The position numbers and the translations under genes were made by a program. The notes beneath the pieces are model-generated. The model was not told the origin of the DNA. It saw only the letters and a program-made list of their open reading frames with translations, and ran no database searches. DNA of 64,000 nt from assembly GCF_001194135.2 (NCBI RefSeq), contig NC_068990.1, forward strand, positions 1,216,469-1,280,468. The letters run 5' to 3'. This DNA is from Octopus bimaculoides. Lineage: Eukaryota. This document shows, piece by piece, positions 40,075 to 52,585 of the stretch. Within the stretch, counting starts at the first letter, position 1, and every line of letters starts with the position of its first letter.

Positions 40075-40137
40075 AAACAGGTACCGGTTTCGGATTTAAC
40101 AATCTTACCGATTGTCCATTCCTCTTCAGCCTGATTT
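40075..40137 (-). ncRNA. Type I hammerhead ribozyme motif with intact core
   Basis: Minus strand: aaatcagg-CTGAAGA-[gga/tcc plus gacaatc/gattgtt stem II]-GAAA-ccgg-TA-cctgttt. Palindromic stem III ACCGGT, cleavage triplet GUA, stem I cagg/cctg plus aaa/ttt. Confidence 0.75.
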
Positions 40138-40155
40138 GTAATGTAACCACAACTG

Positions 40156-40196
<41 letters not shown>

Positions 40197-40648
40197 CAGT
40201 GAATAAACTATCATCTAAATTATGCAAAAATGGAAACAACACTGACATTTCATTTTAACAGATATTCTTTTATTCTTTTACTTGTTTCAGTCATTTGACT
40301 GCGTCCATGCTGGAGCACTGCCTTTAGTTGAACAAATTGATCCCCCAGGAATTATTCTTCGTAAGCCTAGTACTTATTCTATCGGTATCTTTTGCCGAAC
40401 TGTTATGTTACGGGGGACATAATTGCCCCAACATCGACTGTCATGGTGGGGGGACAAACACAGACACACAGTTATATACATACATATGTATACAAACGAC
40501 ATATATATTTATATACGATGGGCTTCATTCAGTTTCTGTCTACCAAATCTGCTCACAAGGCTTTGATCAGCCCAAGGCTTCAGTTATCCAGCCATTGAAA
40601 ATCCCACCCCCCCCATAAAAAAGGTAATTTTTCACAGGAATTTTCAAT

Positions 40649-40719
40649 GGCCGGATAACTGAAGAGATGTTGGCATGGGTTCCCACCCCGGCATCCGAAA
40701 CTCAGAGTTTTATCATGGC
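40649..40719 (+). ncRNA. Type I hammerhead ribozyme motif, near-intact
   Basis: ggccggataa-CTGAAGA-gatgttgg...ccggcatcc-GAAA-ctcaga-GTT-ttatcatggc. Stem I gataa/ttatc, stem II gatgttgg/ccggcatc with one extra C, triplet GUU. Confidence 0.62.
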
Positions 40720-40810
40720 TACCGAATAAGTGTCAAATATTTTTACAGATAAATTCCTCTATTTACATAATATCGAGGTCTCTTTCTTTCTTTTGCTGTC
40801 GTTTCTATCA

Positions 40811-40848
<38 letters not shown>

Positions 40849-41423
40849 TTAATTCTTCTTCATCATCATTTAATATCTGTCTTCCATGGTAGCATGGGCT
40901 GGAAACTTTGACAGGATCTGCTTGTTTGCTTAATTTTACATGGTTTTTATGGCTCATTGTACTTCCTCAAGAGAGGTGAAGTTGATGAGTGACATAGAAG
41001 GAAGGCCTCCGCTTCATCTGGTGTCACAAAAGTGATAAAAGTGCATATTTATGTTTCTGTCCATTTCGTTGCTTTTACACTAAACGTCTGTGCTACAACA
41101 CTCAATAAACTTACCAAGTTTGTTAAATGCTTTTACGTACACTTTAGGTTCATGAGTCACAGATGTAGTTTCACAAGTACTCCAAAGCATATTGTGTTTA
41201 GTTAAAAACTGATATTTAATTTTTTTAATCATTTTTTTTTTAATGTCTGTTTGTTTATTCTCTGGTTGTAAGACATTTCTACTAGGCCTGAATCACTTTG
41301 TTTTTGAATCTTCAAGTTTTATTATTTCTCTGTTCTATTTAGTTTATTGATTTCTTATTTATCTGCCTTCCTCATACTTCACTATGCACACTTATATGCA
41401 TATGTGTATGTATATGTATATGC

Positions 41424-41484
<61 letters not shown>

Positions 41485-42651
41485 TTTAAAAAAAATCTTA
41501 GTCAGGCCATAACAATATCCACATTGATGTTAGTGTGCATGCATATATACAAACAGCAGGAATCAGTCTTGCAGTTAATGAATTTTCATACATGAGTGGA
41601 CGCACATTTTATATATGGCCACATCTATGCCACAAGTAGCAGAAAACAAGCTGCTAGCTCATACGTTCACACACACACACACACATACACAAATGTCAAT
41701 TGTGTATCGTCTCTATAACTAAAAATCTTCCTATATTTCCATCTGAAAGAACAAACGTCTTCTGCATTTTTGGTCTAATCCCATAACTGACACTGACATA
41801 TGCTGGGGAAGAACGCCTACCATGCTGGTTGTTTCAGAAAGCTGAGCCCTGCCAGAACTCTTTCTCTCTTTCCAAACTAAGCCTGGATTAGCAAGGCAGA
41901 AATATTACAGCTTGTCTACTGTTCTATGTTGTTTGACCATGACTTACGATCCTTTTGGCCCTTTCATGTATATCCTGAGGGTATTTCTGTGGAAAATAAT
42001 CATGATTAAGGTTGTTGTTAGTTCTACTGTTGTTTAGCCCCAGGTCAAGTAAATAAGTCAGATAAAATGTTTGTCTGTTGTTCAGAAAATGGCCATCCTG
42101 TTGTGAGAAGTTTGCTTTGCCCCTTGGTCTTGCCACTCGTTTTGCCTCCCATTCAGCCCCTTGCTTTTGATTCTCAGTGTGTGTTACTTTGGGCCAAGTG
42201 TCTTCTGCGATAAGCCTTTGAGTTGACCAAAGTTTTGTGAGTAGATGGGGGACTGAGTGGAAACTTATCAGAAAGACTGCTTTATTCTCAAAGGGTGAAC
42301 TTATTTTGTCACCTGCTTTAACTGAACCAGTGCTATCACTGTCACCTCCTACTACCACCACCACCACCACCACCACCACCACCACATGTACCACTACTAA
42401 CACCAACATCACCACAATAGCCTCAACTACCTTTGCCACCGCTACCGTGTTATTTTTTAGTTCAATCCCAAGGTATGGTACTTGGGAAACAGTGTATTGT
42501 TTTTATTATAGCCTTGGACAAAAGTTTTGTATTTGGTTTGCAAAATTCTTGATGTGGTGAATTCGTGTGTTGAAGCAAGTTGTGTGTCCTGAGGAGGTTA
42601 GCCCTTTGAATAAAACTGGGTGAAGGAGGTTGAGTAGAAACCTGCTGAATA

Positions 42652-42968
42652 GCCCCTGCCTGCTCATGAATGGCCCCTATCTGGTTATGAATGGCCCTGT
42701 CTGGCCTTAAATAGTCACTACCTGATCATGAATGGCCCCTGTCTGGTTATGAATGGCCCTGTCTGGCCTTAAATAGTCACTACCTGATCATGAATGGCCC
42801 CCTGCTTGCTCATGAATGGGCACTGCTTGTTCATGAATGGCCCCTGCCTGCCCATTATTGACTCTTGCCTGCTCATGATTAGCCCCAACCTGATCATGAA
42901 TGGCCCCTGCTTGCTCATAATTGGCCCTTCCCTGATCGTGAATGGCCTCTGTTTGCTCATGAATGGCA
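42652..42968. repeat. 21-bp minisatellite (about 15 units) containing a duplicated 62-bp higher-order unit
   Basis: Consensus about cctgcttgctcatgaatggcc. Period 21 from 42810 to 42957; tcatgaa recurs at 42664, 42726 and 42788 (62-bp spacing). Confidence 0.9.
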
Positions 42969-43049
42969 GATGTAATCACCAATAAATCATTGTTATCATA
43001 GAATGTTAGTTGTTAGCTAGGAACACAACGTTTCCTACGTTGTTACCAC

Positions 43050-43745
43050 ACAGCTAAATTGTTGTACATACAAACACAAACACAAGCTTACTCTTCGATA
43101 CAGGCACACAAACATGCGCACATACATGTGTACATGTATTCAAATGGACACATACATATGCACACTCATAAATACACACACACATACACACACTTATATA
43201 CTCTCGCATATATGTGAGCACTCACATCTGTAAGCATACATTCTTACAGATACAAGCACACACATGCATGCTGTACACAGACAGACATTCATATATGAAC
43301 AAAATGTGCACTTGTGAATACACATAAAAATGCACTCACAATTATGTATACAGACATGAACACATGCAAACACACACATACATGTTCATAAATATACATA
43401 GAGATGCAGTCATATACACACGGATGTATGCACACACATGTTCAGGCTCACATAAACCTGAGTATACACATACAAACACACACACTTTGTGTGCAGAAGC
43501 ATGCATTAACACATATGCACACACACATGAGCATGCTCACACACACACGTACATATAACTCATACATGCTTTCACATATAAAGCACACACATGTACGCAC
43601 ATAAACACATGTGGGTGTACACACCCATACCCATGTACTCATGAAAACACACACATATGCATACTAATATATACTCACACATACCCACACATTTACTCAT
43701 ACACTTGCACACATGTACACATGCACACAGTCATACACATACACA
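43050..43745. repeat. Degenerate (CA/TA)n dinucleotide tract
   Basis: Alternating purine-pyrimidine decay; similar tracts at 15340-16030, 34610-35445, 38875-39270, 52990-53330 and 60340-60960. Confidence 0.9.
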
Positions 43746-45891
43746 CTTTGCCAATATTACTAACTAAAGACTATTTTACAATACTGAAATTGACTCCAGG
43801 TCCAGTTTCTTAGAATTTATTTCTCAATGTAAAATGCTGAGGTGTTAGAGTCATTGTTGGCAATTCTCTAACGTGTCTCTCCTTCTTTTATTGGTTATCT
43901 TTGAAAAGTTTAAAGAGCCGTGATCTTTCAGAACCCATCTTGATATCCTCATCTCATGGGGAAGTTAAGTTTGTTACTTCATAGTTTCCTTCTGTCTGTT
44001 AATACTGGCATAATCATTGGAGTATAAAGCAAAATGTTTTGTAACATTTATTATGGATCTTTAAATTCTGAGATCAAATTCTGGTAAGGTTGATTTTGCC
44101 TTTCATCCTTCTGGGGTCAATAAAATGAAGTAACAGTTAAGCATAAATGGTAAAGGTAACTTTCTCGAGTCATGCTGACTCATAAGGGCCAATTTGTTGG
44201 TTTCCATGGCATATAAATTCCCCACCTGGATAGGATGCCAGTCAGTCACAGGATTACTCATTTATTGCCAGCTTAGTGGACTGGAGCTATGTGAAATGAA
44301 GCGTTTTACTCAAGAACACAAAATGTCACCCTATCCAGGAATTGAAACCACAATCTGATGATCATGAATCCAACACCCTAACCATTAAGCCACGTGCTTC
44401 CACCCAGTTATGTATGGAGTTGAATTGAGTAACTCAACTTCCCACAAAGTTCTTTCCTTGCACCTATGTTAGAAGTGATTTGGGAGATGGCACAAGTACA
44501 CTTGCTCTTGATGTTCAGAATGGTCTTGGCTCTGTGGAATTCCTTGATTTAGCCTTAGTTGGAGACACTCTTGTATCGGGAGGACTGTATCATATATATA
44601 TATTTGTGAAGTGTTCTCTCTGAACACCTTCATCTCATTTCTCCTCGACAGCTTTTACTTTCCCAGCTGAGGTTATATAAACCAATTCCACACATCATAA
44701 ACTGTCTTTGTAATGTCCCCATTTATCTGATTCTCTAGTGGCAAATAAAGGAAATCGTTACCATTGTCATTATTTTGCGTGATGGATTGGAAGTGTTATC
44801 ATGTCCATGTTTTGTCTTGATATAAAAGATGGGCTACAGCAAATATTCTGCTCAATGCCACAGGTTTGCTTGTTGGATGTTTGACGAAATACCGCTAAGC
44901 ATTTTGCCCGGCGTGCTAACGTTTCTGCCGGCTCGCCGCCTTCTATGCAATTTCTGTCAACTAAATTCACTCACAAAGCATTGATTAACCCAAGGCTATA
45001 GCAGAAGATACTTGCACAAAGTTCTGAACCCAGAACCATCTGGTTGCAAAGCAAACTCCCTGCCCATACAACTATGCCTAAGCCTATGTGTATCTTACAA
45101 GACTCAAGGTACATGAATGTATTGATCTGTAATACTGATTTGATCAACTCTGAAACAGTACTTACTATAAGATCAATATATATAAATTCCAAGCTGTGAA
45201 TTTTCTGGATATTTTCTCTCAACAAGTAAAGCCACAATTCACAGGCTATATAATACAACATCGATAACTTTGCTTGAAAGTATGTTCCGAGATTTATTTG
45301 TCAAAAATTACTCTGCAGTAAATAGTTTTCTGTCTCCAATAATCTCATTGGGAAACAATCCCAAATCCTGAAAAATCTAATAAATATACTCTGCCATTAT
45401 TAGAAACAATTATTTGAATCGGCTTTGTGACAAAAAGCTACACAGGTGGCATTCACACCTCGCCTATTGTATTCGACATTTCAATGGATTTCATTGAAAA
45501 ATGTTATAATGTTAGAATTATTAATTTGAAAACATTGGTTCCATTGTATTATTGATACGTTCTCAAAGTTATTAATGTTAACAAGTACGTAGAGAGTCTG
45601 TCATTGAGAGGTTATACATATATGAGTGTAAGTGTACATGCACACACAGATAAAATGTATGTACATATATGCATATAAATATGTTCACATGTATACACAC
45701 ATGCATATACAAATATACAGAGATTGGTATGTTTGTATATGTGGAGACATAAATATATACATCTGCATTTGTGTACACACATGAAAGAAAGTGAGAAAGA
45801 ATATCTACATCATATAACGCTTGTTATATTAATATGTATTAATACACAACTACTGTAATAAACTTCATTTTGTGTGTATGTGTGTGTGTAT

Positions 45892-45972
<81 letters not shown>

Positions 45973-46299
45973 NNNNNNNNNNNNNNNAGAGAGAGAGAGA
46001 AAGAGAGAAAGAGAGATGTGGCTCACTGGTTAGGTTATTGAACTCATGATTGTAAGATTGTAGTTTCAATTCCTGGACCGGGTGAGCTGTTGTGTTCTTG
46101 AGCAAAACACTTAATTTCACATTGCTCCAGTCCACTCAGCTGGCAAAAATGAATAATCTTGCAACAGACTGGTGCCCCAACCAGGGTGTGACTAAATACG
46201 CCATGGAAACCAGGAATCCAGCCCTATGAGTTTATATAATTTGGGAAGGATCTTTATCCTATATGTGTGTGTGTGTGTATATATATATAAACCTATTTG

Positions 46300-47170
46300 T
46301 ATATATATCTGTATGCATTATTTTACATTTTACATGTGCTTATATCAGCGCATATTTTTCGAGTATTTATATTTCTTATACTTTAGATTTTATAATTTTT
46401 GTTTAAATATGTCTTTGTATTACCATTATCTCAATATTCTGCTTCTGATTCATAGCTTAAAATTAATAGATAGTATGTATATTTTTCCAGATATTCCATA
46501 TGTAAGTGCCTTGAGCAGTCTTTATAGAAACCACCTGATAATTAATTAAGTACAAGAATGGCTATTAAACCGATTCTGCATAATCTTCCTTTTTAATGTT
46601 TATAATTGATGCATACACACCTTTTAGCTATTTTGGTTATGATATCATTTTGGAATTCTTAAATTTTATTTTATGCAACATAACAATATTGTTTATAAAC
46701 GTTCCCCCCATCGTGCCCCTAATAAATTTTCCCTGTATTAGCATCTTAAGTTTCTTAGTGTCTTGCCCCTTTAACTGGTAATTGACATCGTGATTTAACG
46801 TCTACCTCTACCCTGCCTCTTTTTTATAGACAGTTACTTCTATCAATTTGACTCTTGTTTCCTTTCTCTTGGGGAAAAGGGATACCTATGATAATATTTA
46901 TAGCCATGAGCTGTCAACTCACTCTTTTTCTTTATTCAAAATAGAAACAGTCTTAATATATGATAATGAGATGATTAAATTAGAAATGAATTACAACCCT
47001 TACAACCGTATGACCCCACCTTGCTCCATGTGATTCTAAGAAATTGTAGTCTATTCTTAGCCACTTTGCTACAATAGTGACAACATGAATTTCTTCCATC
47101 TTCTTACTCTGTTAAAATATGTAAGCAAAATTATATTGATGCGTCCTACCTGTTAAAAAATTCCCAACCA
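46300..47170 (-). mobile_element. Highly decayed Penelope-like GIY-YIG C-terminal region
   Basis: Minus-strand fragments NMVGNFL, IFNR, NRFNSH and TYIWNI resemble the PLE pattern TNIG..FL / KIFN / RFN.H / YIW.LK; numerous stops. Confidence 0.38.
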
Positions 47171-47687
47171 TATTGATATTCCTATGCTCATGCAACACTT
47201 ACATGGCTTTGGTTTCAGTCCCACTGTGAAGGCACTTAGCTTGGTGGTTTGAGTGTCAGGCTCACAATCACGAAGTACTGAGTTCGATTCCCAGACTGGG
47301 CTGTGCATTGTGTTCTGGAGCAAGACACTTTATTTCACGTTGCTCCAGTTCACTCAATTGTAGAAATGAGTAGCGATGTCACATGTGCCAAGCTGTATCG
47401 GCCCCTTTTCCTCTCCCTTGGATAACACTGGTGGTGTGAAGAGGGGAGAGGCTGGTATGCATGGGTGACTGCTGGTCTTCCACAAACAACCTTGCCCAGA
47501 ATTGTGCATTAGAGAGGAACTTTCTAGGTGTAATACCACGGCCATTCACGACTAAAGAGATTCTTTACCCACTGTGTAGCATCTTGGGCATGTTTCTTCT
47601 ACTGTAGCTCTGGGCTGACCAAATCCTTGTGAATGGATATGGTAGAAAGAAACTGAAAGAAGCTCATCATATATATATATATATATA

Positions 47688-47900
47688 GGTGACCTATAGT
47701 TGACCTCTTTGTCTTTGATTTTCAAAGAGATATTCACATCAGCAAGACAGTTGACCTCTATGATGGTACATGTTTCTTCTTGTCTGTCTCAAACAACAAT
47801 ATCTGGTCTGTTATGCTTACACTTGACAGATGTTTTGATGGGAATGTTCCACCAGAATTCCTTGTGTTGACATCTGTTTGTGCATTCAAAAGCAGGGGTA
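47688..47900 (-). mobile_element. RLE endonuclease fragment of an R4/NeSL-type non-LTR retrotransposon
   Basis: Reads HKEFWWNIPIKTSVKCKHNRPDIVV*DRQEETCTIIEVNCLADVNISLKIKDKEVNY: the HNRPDIVVWD...IIE...P.D.N...K..K..Y signature with a single stop (TGA, probably from TGG). Confidence 0.8.
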
Positions 47901-50900
47901 TGTTAAGTTTGCTTGTATGAAGCTTAAACGGGGTTGAACAACAACAATTGCAACAGCAACAGCAACATCGACGACAACAACAGAATTCCTGCAGACAGAT
48001 TTGAACTCAGGACATTTGAGTTGGTAGTTTGATGCCTCATTCACTTGGTCACCTCATTTCTACGAGTGAAAATGGTAAAGAGGCAGAAACAAATGCAAAA
48101 CAAACAAATTAAAACAACAACAACAAAAGAAATGAAAAACATTATTCACTATAGTTACACATAGGATTTCATAGGAAACTTTACTGAGGACACTAAAAGC
48201 TTTTAAGTGATTTCACAAGTGAACAACAGAACCAAAACAAGAGAAAGAACAGAGAAAAACAAAAAACAAACAGAAATAAAAGATAAAAAAAAAAGAAATT
48301 CAAATTTTAACTACTTTAAATATTGACTTACAAAGTAACACAGTTTATATGATAGAAGGTCAGTTTACAGTGTCATTAACAGTCTTTGGACAGATAATTG
48401 GCATTATTTAATAGCAGCAGCAGAATAATCTAAGGAGTGGGGAAAAAAAAAAAGAAAAAAAGTTATCCATACTCCTACTTCATTGGACTTGCAACAGTAG
48501 GTTTCCTATGATGGTTTTGCCATGAAATCTGAGGAATTAGATTTCAAAGCAAAATCTTAACAATTTGAGAGAGAGAGAACAAGAGAAAGGGACAGTGAAA
48601 GAGAGGTGGGAGGTGGGAGAAAGGGAACGAGAGAGAGAAAGAGAGAGAGAGAAAGGATGTTTAAAAGTGTGAGAAAATAAAAACTCATACAAGTGTGAAT
48701 TCAAGTTAACTACATTAGTGACACAGATGGCTAAATACCTGGCTGTACATTTCCTGTACACTGTATGCTTCTACTGAGTTTTTGTGTCTTTGAAGCAAAG
48801 TTTCCTTCAACTAATTGATGACAGGTATTTCATGTCTAAAAGTCTTGGAAAGGATTTATTAGCTTAAATGTAAATTTATAAAATAAAAATATATAACCTT
48901 AATTGGAAGAAAAAGGCTAACATACACTTCCCTTTGCAGCATTTCTGAGATAAGTGAGAGGCAGAGAGGAGTTTATCCTAAAAAGAAAGACTGAACACGA
49001 ATTCTTCCATCAGAGTGGTCTCCACTAAAAGCACTCAAGGGCCATGCGGTGATGTTAATGGTGTTAAATGGAGGGACAGATTAACCCTTTAGTATTCATT
49101 ACACTGTGTAACATGATTTTTCTCCTCAGGTAGCAGCAGTTTGGGTGACAAAGCAAAGTTTTAAGGGAACAGTAGTGATTTCCTTTTGATTTCTTGATAG
49201 AAGCAAATTGGAAAAACACTTACTGACCAAAGACAAGAAAGAAAAAAAGAATTTGAATTTTGTTACACAAAGTTATTCATTCATATTGCCTTGAATTGAT
49301 AATGCATTATCCTATAGCTTTGAGATTTCATTCTTTCCTCCCCTTCCTCCCCCCAAATCCCCCTCTCTGGAATGTTGAACATTCTTTCCTCCTATTCCTC
49401 CCCTTCCCCTCAATTCCCCCTCTCTGAAATGTTGAACTTCCCTTCCTCCCTTCCCATTCATCCCCTCCCCCATCCCAGTTCATGCTGTAAAGTGGGTGGT
49501 ATTAGAAAGAGCATTCAGCTGTGAGAAACCACACCAAGGCAGGCACTGGAGCATGACGCTCTCCTTAGACTTATCAAATCCTGTCAAAACCATACAACAC
49601 ATACCAGCATGTAATATAGATGTTAAATGAGCATGATGAGGNNNNNNNNNNNNNNNNNNNNNNNNNNNNNNNNNNNNNNNNNNNNNNNNNNNNNNNNNNN
49701 NNNNNNNNNNNNNNNNNNNNNNNNNNNNNNNNNNNNNNNNNNNNNNNNNNNNNNNNNNNNNNNNNNNNNNNNNNNNNNNNNNNNNNNNNNNNNNNNNNNN
49801 NNNNNNNNTATATATATATATATGCGTGTGTGCGTGCGTGTGTGTATATATTTATGTGTCTGTGTTTGTTCCCCATCACAGCTTGACGACTAATGTTGGT
49901 GTGTTTATGTACCCCATAACTTAGCAGTTCGGCAAAAAAGGCAGATAAAATAAGTACCAGGCTTACAAAGAATAAGTCCTGGGGTCAATTTCTTTGACTA
50001 AAAAAAACCTTTAAGGCAGTACTCCAGCATTGCCACAGTCAAATGATTGAAAGAGGAAAAAAAAAGAATCCAATGTATATTTTGGATTAAAATGATTAGA
50101 TGTGATTTTGAAGAAGGTTTGACTACTATTATTAGCAAACTGGGCGATTGCAAATATGCTTTCGGCTGGCTCATGAAACGTTTCTATTAATATCATAGCA
50201 TGCATTATAGCATGTGTTACAAGCCTCTCAAATTACTTTTAAACATTATATTTCATTTTATTTTGCTATAAAGATTTACAGCTTTCTTGTAAATCTTCAG
50301 TAATCATTTTAATCTGAAATGTGTGCAACTATGTGCATATTTGCATGCATGTGTGTGTGTGTGTGTGTTGGTGTTTGTGCAGTTGTGTGTGTATGTGTGT
50401 TTCCAAAGAGATAATTGTTACATTTTGGTGGAGTTATGATATATAGATTGTTTAATAAACACATGCATTTGTGTTTGTTGAAACTGTTATTGCAGTATCA
50501 AAGTCCTCTGCTATTGCATAATTTTAACATGATCTGATCACTGGTCTTCTAATTTACATGATGATGAAAGAGCCTTTGACGTAAAGGATAACAATGATAG
50601 TAATAATGATAATAATAATAATAATAATAATGACGATGCTGCTGATGATGATGATGATGATGAGGATGATAATAACAACAATATTAATAGCAATAATAAT
50701 AAGGAAATAATATGAGTAAATAACAATAGTGTGCATGTGTGTGTGAGTGTATGTGTGTATGTGTGTGTGAGTGTATGTGTGTGTGTGTGTATGTGTGTGT
50801 GAGTGTATGTGTGTGTGTGTGTAACTGAGAGAGAGTGAGAGGAAAGGGTGAAGGGAAAGAAAGAGAGAGAGAGAGTCGGAGGAAGGCTGAGATAAATAGC

Positions 50901-52387
50901 CCAAATGTTTGTACACTTATATATATTGTAGTGTATATCATAAATAATGAGTGTGTTTGCATGACATGAGCAAATATTCTACGTTATATATAAACAGCTA
51001 ATATATTTGCACATCATCACCATCACCACCACCACCACCACCACCATCATTATCATCATCTTCATTTTCATTGTTGTTGTTGTCGGCATCATTGTCATCA
51101 CCACCATCATCACCAACTATTAAACACGTTTCAGGCCCCAGGTTATTCCTACTTATACATTGCATTCAACAAGTATTCTTTTATTCTTTTCACTTGTGTC
51201 AGCCATTTGACTGCGGCCATGCTGGAGCACCACCTTGAAGGGTTTTCAGTTGAACAGATCAACCCCAGCACTTACGTTTTTAAAGCCAAGTACATATCCT
51301 ATCGGTCTCTTTTGCCAAATCACTGGTGTGCTTTTATGTTATGGGGATGATACAAAAAAAGGACAGGAAGGAACAAGGACGAGTCATTCGGAGCTTCCTA
51401 TCATCAGTCATGTTCCAGATTGTTGTTGCAGTTTCGGTCGGTTACACTCAAGACTGCTTCAATCTGGCTGGCCCCAAGAAAATCTAAGCTAAGAGCACTA
51501 GTCTCCTTGGAAGAAAGCCAGTGAATGTATACGTAAACAAGGATGGGGGTAAAAATGGAGAAATGATACACAGTTACAAGTAAAAACAACAGGTGTCTAT
51601 CGACTAAGGACAAATTAAATTAAGCTGGCGTTTGTGGAAGTGAAACCTTACGGCAGGGACATAGGAGATGAAAGTCATGGGGAGGAATATAAGAGATACC
51701 ACACGGATGGTAGTCGAATCAAGGAAGAAAGGTCAGGCTTGGCAGAACACCAGTCACGTGGAAGGAGAGGAGAGAGGTTGGGGGAAGAGGGATAGAAGAA
51801 TTTGGGAGGGACGAGAAAGAGAGAAAAAGAAAGGAAAGGGAAAGAGGGTGGTAAAAGAGGAGGGGAAGTGAGAATGAAAGAAGGCCAAGAAATGTGGGAG
51901 AGGGGGAGTGAGAAAAAGAAAAGAGGAAAGTACGAAGGAAGTGTGAAGGGGCTAAAAGAGAGAGTAAATGAGTCATACAGAATTTATATATATATATATG
52001 TTTTGTTGTTGCCCGTGACGTTCTTGTTCCATTTTTTGATTTCTTTTTTTAAGAAATCAAAAAATGGAACAAGAACGTCACGGGCNNNNNNNNNNNNNNN
52101 NNNNNNNNNNNNNNNNNNNNNNNNNNNNNNNNNNNNNNNNNNNNNNNNNNNNNNNNNNNNNNNNNNNNNNNNNNNNNNNNNNNNNNNNNNNNNNNNNNNN
52201 NNNNNNNNNNNNNNNNNNNNNNNNNNNNNNNNNNNNNNNNNNNNNNNNNNNNNNNNNNNNNNNNNNNNNNNNNNNNNNNNNNNNNNNNNNNNNNNNNNNN
52301 NNNNNNNNNNNNNNNNNNNNNNNNNNNNNNNNNNNNNNNNNNNNNNNNNNNNNNNNNNNNNNNNNNNNNNNNNNNNNNNNNNNNNNN

Positions 52388-52585
52388 TATATATATTTAG
52401 GCAGAGCATCGCCTTACAGACACGGTGCCCATAAAAGACCATTGAAATGTGATTATTGTTTATTGGAGAAACTGAATATCTTATTCCAGGATAAGAAGGC
52501 GCTAAACCAAAGACGCGAACTTTTAAATACATGTAGGCATGCGTCCAAATTTAAAATGTCGGCAAGTAATATACCGTATGGATAG
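52388..52585 (+). mobile_element. Penelope-like element, C-terminus of the GIY-YIG ORF
   Basis: YLGRASPYRHGAHKRPLKCDYCLLEKLNILFQDKKALNQRRELLNTCRHASKFKM matches the PLE terminal pattern RA.PY...C.LCL.EK..I...LN.R.EL...CRH..KF; directly after a gap. Confidence 0.78.

Noticed and set aside
41115-41208. Minus-strand 94-nt open stretch (FLTKHNM...VYVKAFNKLG) with a GTAAGT donor, faintly Fn3-like
   Set aside because: The acceptor is A-rich with no pyrimidine tract, no partner exons were found, and the similarity is only a few residues.
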